DNA of 61,147 bases, filler included, from Porpidia crustulata (taxonomy: Eukaryota), in the NCBI GenBank assembly GCA_964255105.1. It is 3 parts of 3 records of this genome, joined end to end, with 100 filler letters (N's around TTAATTAATTAA, not from the genome) between each part and the next. Parts side by side here need not be neighbours in the genome. Positions count along the whole stretch, not along the records: positions 20,494 to 40,800 come from CAXUWE010000119.1; 2 more parts are not named here. One strand, given 5' to 3'. Of this stretch, positions 26,843 through 37,787 are shown piece after piece. Made by a program: the position numbers and the translations under genes. How positions within the stretch are numbered: position 1 is the stretch's first letter; every line of letters begins with the position of its first letter. Under the pieces are notes generated by a model. That model worked only from the letters and a program-made list of their open reading frames with translations, had not been told where the DNA came from and did not search any database.

Positions 26843-28726
26843 ATGCCGCTCAATGCTAGAGCTATCTTTCCCTCCTTAGATCCCGAATTCGTCACTTTTG
26901 CGAGTCGCAGGAGCGTTGTTCACAGTATCAATGGTATAGTCGCATGTACACAGCCACTTGCGGCACAAGCGGGTCAAAGAATTCTTCGGTCTGGTGGAAA
27001 TGCTGCTGATGCAGCGGTTGCTGTTGCAGCAGCACTGAATATGACAGAGCCATCCTCCACCGGTATTGGGGGAGATATATTCTGCCTCTTCTACAAGGCA
27101 GAAACAAAGAAGGTCCATGCCTTGAATGGATCTGGTCGAACGTCTCATAACACTACATTAGTAGGAACCAGGTCTGATCTTGGGCTCAAAGATGGAGAGC
27201 CTGGTGTTATACCCATGTCAAGTATACACTCAGTAACTACACCAGGTGCGGCAGCTGGATGGGTGGATACTGTAGAGAAGTTCGGTAGTGGAAAGCTTTC
27301 ACTGGAGCAGATCTTAACACCAGCCATTGAGCTTGGGGAAGAAGGCTTTCCCGTTTCGGAGTTGGCCTCAACATTCGTTAAGAGTCCCGATGAGTTTGAT
27401 TATGCACTGATGACTGATGATAGATAGTGGAAAGCTAGCGAGGAGCTCATACGTGGTGCATCGCCTAATTTTGGAGAGATGCTAAAGTCAGACAGCTCAG
27501 CAAAAGATGGTAAAAGAGCTCCTGAACCGGGAGAAATATTTAAGAATCCCACTCTCGCCAACACCTTCAGACTCTTAGCAAAGCAGGGCAAGAAAGGCTT
27601 TTATGAAGGTCAAGTAGCGGAAGCCTTGATTGAAGTAGTCAAGGACCTTGGAGGCCGGTTGGACATGCATGATCTGAAGAGTCATTGCGAGTTTGGTGAT
27701 GAAGAGGTGGAGGCCATCAAACTTCGGTTTAATGGCCAAAACATCGGAAAATTCCGAAGCAAAGAAGTCAACGAGAAACCTGGTCAAAGTACTTTGGAAG
27801 AGGGTGTGGATGTCTGGGAACACCCTCCCAATGGCCAAGGCATTGTTGCATTAATGGCCCTAGGGATACTGGAGGAATTGGAGAAAACAGGCAAACTGAG
27901 AACCTTTGAGGAGAATGAACATAACTGTGCAGAGTATCTGCATGCAGTCATCGAGGCACTTCGCATTGCGTTCGCAGATGCCAGTTGGTATGTGGCGGAT
28001 CCGCATGTCGTCAAAGTCCCTACCAAGGAGATGATCTCACGGTCCTATCTTGCTGAGCGTGCCAAAATCTTTGACCCCAAGAGAGCCTGCGGTGTTCTCG
28101 ACCACGGTTCACCAGCCCACAATCATTGTGATACGGTCTACTTTGCAGTAACCGATAAACACGGGAATGGAATGTCTTTCATCAACAGCAACTATGGCGG
28201 ATTTGGAACTTGTGTTATACCCAAAGGCTGTGGCTTTACCTTGCAAAACCGTGGCGCCAACTTCTCGCTCCAGGAGGGCCATCCAAACGTGATCGCTCCG
28301 AAGAAGAGGCCTTACCACACCATCATTCCCGCCATGATTACCAATTCAAGCGATCAGAGCCTACACTCGGTGTACGGTGTAATGGGTGGCTTCATGCAGC
28401 CACAAGGCCACGTCCAAGTCCTCCTTAACATGTTGACTTTCAAGTACAACCCACAAGCCGCTTTGGACGCGCCCAGAATATGCCTCGGTGCTGGTACCCC
28501 AGAGATGGGCAAAGTTCTCGACCGTACCGTATATCTAGAAGAAGGTATCAGCGAAGCGGTAGCGAGTGACCTGAAGGAATTGGGGCACGAGGTGGAGATT
28601 GTCACAGGTTTCAAACGAGGACTCTTCGGCCGGGGCCAAGTAATTAGATGTCACATGGAGGACGGGAAACATATCTACAGCGGTGGTAGTGATCCCCGAG
28701 GTGACGGGGCTGCATTACCTGCGTGA
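26843..28726 (+). CDS. Gamma-glutamyltranspeptidase family (T3, Ntn hydrolase), no evident signal anchor, 2 exons
   Basis: GGNAADAAVAVAAAL, EPSSTGIGGD, PPNGQG, autocleavage site CD|TVYF, SNYGGFG, LQNRG, KRPYHTIIP, GVMGGFMQPQGH, SDPRGDG; intron ~27377-27427. Confidence 0.93.
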
Positions 28727-29450
28727 GTGTATTGCTTCGTCCCATTTGGAAAATACCAAGAAAGCCCTGCGTTAGAGACTGGACGGATTCTAGATTATGT
28801 ATAGGCAATATAGCATTAACTGATGACCCCAAACATCTGCCACACATACAACTGGTGCTAAGAATCATTTCCAAATGTAGATATTAAACTTTCCAAACCA
28901 TCCATCAATCTTGGTGCCGAGTATTCGCGGAGGTTTCTTGCCCCCTTTATTGTACCTTGATCGTATCCTAATCATTTCGTTGCTGCGAGCAGAAACCCCA
29001 AAATCACATCTTCAGATTAGATACAGTCAACATCACACGCTAGAAAACCGTTCAAAGTCGCAGAATCGGGTATTTCATATATTGACATATCTGAACATTG
29101 AGTTTGATATAAATTCCAGCATCGGATTACGAAGATGTATCTGCAGATTTGCACATCAGATCGTAATCGCACTGCTGCGAGCCCTCAATTCTGGCAGGCT
29201 GATGACACTGCCTCAAGCATGGACGTCAACTGCCATTGAGCCTTTGTGAGCCTCCATCATCGCTGTGCAATTCCGACTCCTTGCGACTTAATAGCAAGAT
29301 CGTTGTCATGCGTGATTTACGAGACAAATTTACAGAAGCGGGCTGTAGCGGCTTCCCCATCCGCCGTGATAAACGCAGACCCTTCTATCTCGACCGTTGT
29401 CGTTCCCGGGCTTATCAATCTGGCGCGAGGCGAAAATTCTCTGCACCACC

Positions 29451-31106
29451 AAGGGCGTTGAAGAAAGGGCTCGGGTGTGCGGCCACAAAGTTGCGACACC
29501 GCCCATCACGCCGGCTTCATCGAGACTTTCGCGCGGCGAGAGGCACAGACGAGAGCCACGAAGCAGTCTCAGCGCCTCAACGCAGATGGATATGCCGTGC
29601 TTCGTCAGTAGGTCGGCCAGGTGCACTTTATCGTATTAGACTATGCCGATTGCACTAAGGTCAACATCACGGGTATCCTGGAGAAATGACAGCTGTAATG
29701 TTGCTTCAACACTGGAATGCTCGGCGACTGTGAACCGGGTGCCTGAAAAGCGGCAATGACAAACATCGACTGAAAGGCCCCGATGGAAAAGATTTGACTG
29801 GGGAACGCTTATGAAAAAGGTCGACCGTACCGTGTCAATGAGCTTCCTCTACTGCATCTGCGACAATTACAGGATCAAATCCTGGGGAACGTCGTGGGAA
29901 TGCTTCTGTCAGTCTAAACAATTGTACGCAAGTCGAGTTCCACTGGCAGAACGCCTATCTCGACGAGCCAACCGAGGACGCACTCATCGGCATGCTCACA
30001 AACATCAACGTCATGCGGGACCCGCATGCCACCAAGGACATAGTGGCCCACGAGATATGGGGCAGCCTAGAGCCGGACCCGCAGATCGTCGCGCTGGAAC
30101 AAGAGTGCGAGCAGCCCAAGGCTGGCAGGTTTAAGTATCGAGACACTGAGAGCGCTGAGCAGATCATGATGCTCGGGAAGCAGATCCGAGCAATAAGGGC
30201 GCAGCGGATGAAGAACAACCGGCGACAACACCGAGAGTACTACTTCATCAACCGACCCACTTGAGATATTGAGCAGCAGGACAGTAGCAGTGACGACGAA
30301 AAGTACGAGGATCCGGAGCACGAGTTCAACGAGCTTGAGATCGACCAAGACATTCCCGAGCGTGCGGATCTCGGAAGGCTGCTCCGTCGGCAACCGGAGA
30401 ACATGAGCTTCGACGAGCTGTAAGAACGCCGCGTTTAGGGAGGAGAATGCATAGTGGCCCTTTTAATCAAGCAGGAGATAGTCAGACGCGGCGTCATTAC
30501 ACAGAGGGAGTCCAAAGAAAGGACGTTGAAGGTTAAGGCCCCCCAATCGACCCGGAGTCCCAGCATTGACATATCCACCATTCCCGCCGCTAGTATCATG
30601 GCCCCATCCAAGACTCGTTCCCCTGCCGCATGTAAGAGAGATAGCGTCCCTGGTACATCGGCGACAAGTGGCTCTCGTACAAGGAGCGAACGTTCTAGTA
30701 CTGTCGCACGACGGTTAGGAACGACCATTTCGACAGCCAGCATTTGCAGCACTCGGACTAACTGCCTGCCCAGGCCCAGCTGGCCTGCCAGCATCCTAAA
30801 TGCAGGAAGATAGGTTGCAAGTTTGGGAGCATGGATGAGTATAGGAATCACACGCATAGGATGCACTATGTCAGGCTCCGGCCCGCTGAACAAGTCGCGT
30901 CCAGGGTACGAAAGACATCTAGAGCTGCTGGCAAGAAGATGGAGGAGCTCAGCCAAATTGTGTGGCAGGTTGAGTCGCTTGTGCCTGATGACAGCCCATG
31001 GGAAGGGATGGAGAAGATGAAGACGTGGCAAGAGCACCAGCATCGGGTCTCTTGGCAGGCGAACGGGAACATGTTCGCTAGAAACATGATGTCTTGGGAA
31101 GGGTAA
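29451..31106 (+). pseudogene. DUF3435 ('FluG domain'-annotated) tyrosine-recombinase-like Starship captain pseudogene with internal deletion
   Basis: Collinear fragments: HHAGFIETFARREAQ...DYADCTKVNITGILEK*; YRIKSWGTSWECFCQSKQLYAS; QNAYLDEPTEDALIGMLTNINVMRDPHATKD...PDPQIVALEQ...HREYYFINRPT*DIEQQ...IPERADL; IGDKWLSYKERTF*YCR...NDHFDSQH...CQHPKC...YRNHTHRMH. Many stops and frameshifts. Confidence 0.75.
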
Positions 31107-31781
31107 GGAGACACGATGATACCTTGGCAAGCGTAGGATACTTCCTCGCCCAGTATCTCAGAGTTAGAAATGAGCGTCTGGACCGGACACGAGCAGTCCG
31201 CGATATCTGCAGCTGCGTAGATACTCTTGATGTCAATCTTGGCTGAACAAAGTATAGCTATCTGCACATGATACATGTCTTCTGAATCCTGTGTCTGGTG
31301 TCTTGATGGGACTTGATTCTGAAAAGTTGTGATCAAGCACCAAGATCTACCCTGAATCCTGAATCCTGAATTCTTGCGTCGTCATCATCGCCTCTCTACA
31401 TGGCTCGCATCATCAGCCCTACAGCGAACAAGGGACAGCTGAAGAACGGAGTAGTCGGAGGAGTGATCCAGATGCCAATTGTGAAATGTGTAAGCTCATT
31501 TTTTGCCGTTGTGATCCGAAGCCGGTGGTGGGTAGCAGAATAAGTCATCCACCCACACAGATAGACACAGACACAAACACCCACACAGCCTTGTGTAGAT
31601 AACCAAATGAGTACAGCGATGAACGGTCGTGTCATTCCACAGAGACCAAGGAAGGTCACCAGTTCGCAACACTTACAGATGGATCTCCAGCTCAAGCATG
31701 ATAATGTGGCACTGTTCAACGAGCAGTATCTTTTCCTAGCAAGATTGTGATATTACTAATCAAGCTATAGTTGATACCAAC

Positions 31782-33461
31782 TCATGTTATCCCCTTGGCC
31801 ATAGCCAGCAATCTTCTTGATTTGCGCTGAACATGAGATGTTGGCTGCCGAGCTGGGGCGCGCAATCTCTGGCTCGGGCCTTTGCTTCCGGTCTGAGGTG
31901 CTGGGCTGGTGTTTTTCTGTTCGTCAACCAACCGGCGACCTCGACGAGACTGCTGCTCGACCGTCCGGCATGTCGTCGTTGCCAAACTGATAGATGTCGT
32001 GGCTTTGCTGGGGCTTTTCGGCCTCCCTCGAGCTGATTGTTGAGCTATGCCTCCAGAAGTGTCCCCTCGCCTCGCTCTTTTAGACCGACGTTCAACTGGA
32101 ATGTCCTTATCCTCGACTCGTCTTCTTTTCTTGCTCAATCCCGCCGTGATTTGGTCATTTGTCGCAGCTGTACGTTTCTGCGTGTCCTCAGTCTCGATCG
32201 ATTGCACTTGTTCTAGAACCCATTGCGTCAGGATGTTTTGGCGGCCAGCGGCCTCCTCCGCTCGTCGGTAAGGCCCAGCCTCCCGGATAAATTCACTGAT
32301 CTTCTGTCGTAGGTCCTCCGATTCAGCTTTTGTTGTAGCCAGCTGCTGCTCAAAACTAAGAGCGTCCAGGGAGCTGCCATTCGAGCAAGATCATGGCACC
32401 CTTCCCAGCGCAGAAGGTTGCAGCGAATCGAGACGCTGAAGATTATCCCAGGCATCGCGGTATCGTGATTCCAAGGCCTTCATCGAAGCGGCATGTCGAT
32501 CTGCCTGCCAGTACTCGAAGTTGAGATACTCAATCCATGTTGTCCAGTCTCCTTATTGGCGTGGATTGTCTTCTAGTTGAAATGGCCGAGTGAAGTTGTG
32601 CAATGCAAGGCGTCTCTTGACCGCCTCTTTATACGCTGGAAATCCTGCACTGCTGGGGACCTCGCGGAGCTTCGGTTTCATCGTCCACTGTCGTCTGAGT
32701 GTCTGTTCGAATGTGGAATGAGATACCATCGCCTGTGACTCCGACAGCGTATATCTACGCTTCTTCGCCTCAAAAAAGGCATGAAACCCGTCAGCTTCAG
32801 CCGCAGTGCTCCGATTATCAATCTGCCATTTGCGAAACTCCCACCACCGATCCACTTGTCTCGAGAAAACTATCGGCATTCCACCATCTCGGTTCCTGGA
32901 CTCTGGATCATCGAGCCACGGTAGGAATTTTTCATAGCTTCGCTTAGGCTCCCTCGAAGCTTGCGAAAGAACCTCGATTAACACCACGGGCCTGCCGCCG
33001 TTCTGAACGAGCTCTTTATAGCATGCCGACTCAATGTCTTCGCTCTCAGACGGCGGAGTGCACGTGGGGGACTGAGACCATCCTGGAGGCCGCTGGAGGG
33101 ATAGAACTTCTGAGGAGCCGTCCTGCCCGCCAGCTACGCTGTCCAATCGTTCAAGGAGTCTGCTGATATCAACAGAACAAGACTTATTTGCACTCTCAAC
33201 TTGTCGCGCTGCGGCTCCGCCAAGGAGCGAAAAGTTAGCGACAGTACAAAATAAAGACTAACAGACGTCTCATTACTTCAGTCTTTCCACAAGCTCATCT
33301 CGCTGGTGCCTCACCAGCATTTCCAAGCCGGAGGCACTTGAAATATCGAATCCGCCCTCATCGCGGGCGCTGTGCTCCATATACTGAACGAGCAGCACCT
33401 CATCGATGGTGAGGAGTTCCTCAGCAGTGAAGACAGGCGCCTCATCCTCATTGACGGGCAT
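31782..33461 (-). pseudogene. Decayed accessory gene of a fungal hypothetical family (often labelled 'ankyrin 2,3/unc44'; no ankyrin repeats visible)
   Basis: YKELVQNGGRP, FSRQVDRWWEFRKWQIDNR, GFPAYKEAVKRRLALHNFTRPFQLEDNPRQ*GDWTTWIEYLNFEYW; in-frame TAA at 32553-32555 and further disruptions downstream. Confidence 0.6.
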
Positions 33462-33550
33462 GGGCTGTATTGCGTGTGAACTCACCAGGAAAGGTTTGTG
33501 TTGTTCGGTGGTTTGATGCAACGCCAAAACTTAGTTGTAGGGTTCGCCTC

Positions 33551-33853
33551 CACGCGGGTGAAGAAAAAAACGAGACCGAGCAATGCGGCCCCCCCCGGGG
33601 AACCCCACCAAATCTGTTAGCAAATTCCACAATCATCATAATTCCACAGTCAATTCCACAATGCCACCATGCCTAAAGCAATTCATAATAAACACCTAGA
33701 TATGCCTTGAAGGATCAAAGTGCAGAGAGCCATTGAATTCCTCTGCGCAAAGGTTTAAACGTTAAAAATGAAGATGTTTTTCAATATTTTCAAATTCCTA
33801 GGTCTCCCGGGGGGCGCCGCATTGCTCGGTCTCGTTTTTTTTCCACCCGCGTG
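33551..33853 (+). mobile_element. Non-autonomous DNA transposon (303 bp) with ~53-bp TIRs and a Tc1/IS630-like transposase N-terminal remnant
   Basis: TIR CACGCGGGTG...AAAAAAACGAGACCGAGCAATGCGGC(C/G)CCCCCCGGG at both ends. Internal ATG at 33669 reads MPKAIHNKHLDMP*RIKVQRAIEFLCAK/GLNVKNEDVFQYFQIPR. Flanks are GCCTC and CCCTC. Confidence 0.85.
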
Positions 33854-33888
33854 CCCTCGTAGCTCTGTCTAGGATCAGCTTACTTGTA

Positions 33889-33968
33889 CACACCCCTAGT
33901 TCGGCCACATAACTAGGGCTACAGTCACGTGATCGACTTGAAGCATGTATGGCCGAACTAGGGGTGTG
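33889..33968. mobile_element. Tiny TA-flanked MITE (80 bp), Tc1/mariner-type
   Basis: TA|CACACCCCTAGTTCGGCCA ... TGGCCGAACTAGGGGTGTG|TA; perfect 19-bp TIR. Confidence 0.75.
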
Positions 33969-34204
33969 TACGGGACCGTTCTTGGTTAAGCGAAAACCTG
34001 CAGCGGAGGTAATCGACTCAGTTTACAATGACTAAATGATGCTATATCTGGAGCGACCTACCTTCGCAGAATGGAGAAATGAGAGTTTATTCATGGAACG
34101 GTTTGACCGATAGTTGCTCATTTATTCGACAACTTGCTTCAGGCTACTTGTATATGACTATGTACAGGGTACTAGAATATGTACAATCCCCCCCGCCCTC
34201 TTTA

Positions 34205-36331
34205 CTAAATCGGCATTCCAGACTCGAGGCCAAGAGTGTTACCAGCTGTGGCTTGGTTCACATCGAGCATAAAGGATGGGAGCGCCAGATGGATGGGGCT
34301 GGAATCGTTCAGCTTTGCCCTCTTCCGCGCTGGGCTGAGTGACTGCCCAGTCTGCCCTGATTCATTGTTCTTCAAAACCCCAGTCCCTTGGTTCTCGTCG
34401 TCGACCAGAGCGCCGCCGAGAAAGTGGCGGATGCGCGTAGAAAGATCCAAGCCTTCGAGTCTAGCGCCATCCTGGTGAACTTCGGTTTCGATTATGGGTG
34501 CTGCGCCCTCGTGACTTGGAGACCCAGTCTGTCTGTTGTCCCATAGCTCGCCGTTCACGATGGTCGCGACGGAACGATTGGCAGTCTCCTCGACAGTCCG
34601 CGGCTGCTGAGTCTCGGGCGTGGGAGCAAATGAACGCCTTGACGTCTCGTCGTCGTAGTCGGTCGAATTGAGGATAGATTCTATCAAGGAAGAGCCACGA
34701 TAGCTAAGCTCCCCGATCAGTGAATCAACCGAATCTGATACAACTGATCGGACTGGTGCCTGCCGCTGAGACAGTCTGCCAAATAACTGTAGCGCCTCGT
34801 TGTAGCAGTAAGATGCTGGTCGCCGGTTCTGCGGCTCTATGTGGAGCATGGTGTCCAGAAAAAACGGGATGAGCTCGTTGTGTCGCTTCGGCTGATCCTT
34901 GAAATACTGCAATACCGCCTTGTTCCACACCGTAGTGCTCTTCGCATACGAATCAAGGTATTGTGGGAGACCGCATGCCCTTTCACCGAAGACCAGAGCG
35001 AGAGACCAGATGTCGACGCCTACGGTATAGCGTGCAGCATCTTGAGAACCTACTTTGGCGTATATTTCCGGCGCCGCGTACTTCAACGTGCCGCAAAATG
35101 TTTTCAGGTAGCTTGCGTGTTTGGCTAAGCCAAAGTCCGCAAACTTAACGCGGACGGACCTGTCGGGCGAAAGGAAACACAGAATTTTTTCAGGCTTGAT
35201 GTCACGGTGTACAATCGGTGGCTGGTGTGTATGCATATCCGTCAGGGCGGAGAGCAACTGACAGATATATTGTACCTCATCGAGTGTCGATGCGGCCGGG
35301 TGGCTGTCGAGAGAGCCTCCATTGGCGTACTCAAAGGACAACTGAGGCCAGGGAGTAAACTTGGCACCCAGAAACGTCACGATATGCTCCTAGATTCCGC
35401 AGCTGTTAGCACGAGTACTGAAGTCATGTAGTATCGTCCGCCCCGGCTCCATACTGACATATTGTATGCATGACATGATATCAGCTTCCTTTCTCCACTG
35501 CTCGATGGTGTGGCAACCCTGTCCCCTGAAATTCTTCAAGGGCTCCTTGAGTGCGTATTGTTCTCCAGTAGTAACATTGAAGACGTACGTCACAACACCA
35601 TAGTTCCCCTGGCCTAGTTTCTTCTTCCAGAGAATTGGGCCGGAAGGCTTCGAAGATGGGGTGCTTATCCCGGTCGGTGTAGGGAGCTCTGTTTCTGGAA
35701 GGCTCCGGACCTTAAGAAGTGCAAATAGATCTGTCGTGTCCGCTGTCCCCTGTCGAAACTTGGTTACATTGTCGATGTATTGCTGTGAATCGATGTTTTG
35801 AGGAGGCCCGACGAGTCTGAACTGAAGATCTCCGACAAATTCGAGTATTGGCGTCTTATCCTTAAGGAAGTCGTGACCACCAACGATCCAGTCAACCTTG
35901 TATCCACGCTCTGCCACCTCTCTGTCGTAGGTAACTCTAGTTCCGCACAGGGAGCCCAAGTCTCTGACGACCAAGCGATTCTTCTTGTTAAACGTCAGAG
36001 CCGCGTGGTACCGACTGATACCCGGCCTTTTAGGCAAGATGATGTCGGCATCTGGGGCCCATCCGATCACGACACCGTAACTAGTCTTGGCTCCATCGCT
36101 GAATTTCAGTCCAATGCAGGGGCTGTCTTCCAGGCCATCGTGCTCTTCTGGCTGTTCGGTAGCTTCCCGGGCGTCATGGCTACGCGTATCGCTGGTTTGG
36201 AGCACGAACTCGTGGCGTTGAGGCGGTATGCACCTTGAACTCTTCTGTGGCATGAAGACCGCAAATAATGCGTCAGCCTGGCCTCGGCATTCGTTTGCGT
36301 ACAAGTAGGCATAGACATCTGGGTCTGCCAT
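34205..36331 (-). CDS. FHA-domain Ser/Thr protein kinase-like protein, 2 exons, with catalytic-loop Asn replaced by Lys
   Basis: FHA-like VIGWAPDADIIL...GISRYH...VRDLGSLCGTRV; kinase LGQGNYGVV, ALKE, HRDIKPEK, DFG, FCGTLKYAAPE, DIWSL; GT-AG intron 35390-35458 joins the two ORFs in frame. Confidence 0.85.
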
Positions 36332-37220
36332 CTCGAGTAGATATATGCAGGTGTTGATGAAGGCAATGAGAAAATGAGACAGGTGAGAGAGACGGAGCGA
36401 ATATCAACCCCAGGTACGGGCACACACTTCCATCCATCTAAATCATCCCCAGACAGCGAATCACTGACTATTATGAGCAGGTATGCAATCCTGAAGACGT
36501 CAGGGGGCTGGGCGCCACTGCATCCGACCTAAGCAGGCTCCAGCCTCATGCAGTGCGTGAGGGAGGATCGCACACTATAAGCACTGCATCTTTCATCGAT
36601 AATTCAGGATAAGGTCCTAGCATTCTATTGCTTCATGGTTCTGATGTAGGAGCCTGACCAAAAAGCTTTATGTTTGGACAAAGATAGTAGCCTTGAGAGC
36701 TCAACTTTTGGATCCTTCAGGGAGAGGCACCTTGGCCGATTCGGGTTTCTTGTTGGCTGAAGATTCCTGGAAGGGTTGCGCTTAGAAGATACAGTTGGCT
36801 GAGAGATAATGCATGTTCCTGAATCCTTGTTTCAAATGCTCCAATAGAATACATCATGTGATGCTACACTACGCAGCTGTCTGACTCGATCATGGTGGGC
36901 TTAGCCGCTCGACAAGCACTTCCAACAATAGAAGCAGCGGTTGTTGGCCAGTAAAGGGTGATCAACTCACGTTGACCTTTCTCTTCCCCTCCCCGTCCCT
37001 TTCCCGTACCTGGTTCCTCGACCATCGCGCAAGCGTCAGTCGAGATGCGCGCATCCTTGTAGTCGTAGACTTTACGTTGCCACGTTGCCACGTCGCCAAC
37101 ACTGCATCGTATCAACTCCACGTTCATGATGCGATAGTCTGAGAACTGCGCGAGGACTTCACGAGCTGCAATCCAGAGCAGCCGAACACTATCGTTTATC
37201 AGTGTGTTTGAAGAGGGCCA

Positions 37221-37310
37221 CTCAGGCTAGTTTTTAATCTTCGGACACAGAAGTGAGGTTTCAGGCCTAAAATCAATTTTTTGTGTCCAAAGATTAAAAA
37301 TTGGCCTGAG
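37221..37310. mobile_element. Degenerate ~90-bp MITE with ~32-bp imperfect TIRs
   Basis: Left end CTCAGGCTAGTTTTTAATCTTCGGACACAGAA versus reverse complement of right end CTCAGGCCAATTTTTAATCTTTGGACACAAAA; flanks CA and TA. Confidence 0.65.
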
Positions 37311-37787
37311 TAAATCTTGGGAGTGTCAAGTCCCTACACTAGTCCGTCTCACAGTACCTAATTTGATAGTAAACTATCGTGCTTGCCACTTCGAAAGGGG
37401 GACGTTTCGTGAGCAGTGAGATCATTGCTATCTGAGTACTCCTAGTCACCCCTCAACCGGTCATCGCACCTAGGGTTAGGGCTCAGTATACTCCTTAGCG
37501 TACGGTGACCGATTGAGGGGCAATCAAGCTGTGCTCGAAGTGTGCGCGCCTAATTAATCCCTGCTGCGACCTGGCATCTTTCAATCGCGCTTCACGTCTC
37601 CCTACGAGCCCAATTAGGTAGCCACTTTATATACGCTTGCCCAACGGTATGGCAGCAAATTTTAAACAAACTACCATATGTACCATATGACACAAATCTT
37701 CGTACTCCACTGAAGAATGGGCATTTGCTCCTAAAACTCTCAGGTTTATCAACGCTCTTACCTGGAAGCCCCTCCGTTGCTGCAACC

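Larger units (their letters stand above)
29200..36600. mobile_element. Putative derelict Starship-like element (DUF3435 captain remnant plus cargo); boundaries approximate
   Basis: A captain-like pseudogene comes first on +, followed by two accessory genes on -, in a block lying between the GGT and ARP1 housekeeping genes. Terminal repeats were not identified. Confidence 0.55.

Noticed and set aside
26843..28726. GGT as part of a biosynthetic cluster or as Starship cargo
   Set aside because: It lies upstream of the captain remnant, shares a compact divergent promoter with MRF1, and has no biosynthetic genes nearby.
37471..37482. TAGGGTTAGGG as a telomeric or interstitial telomere repeat
   Set aside because: Fewer than two full TTAGGG units, which is expected by chance.
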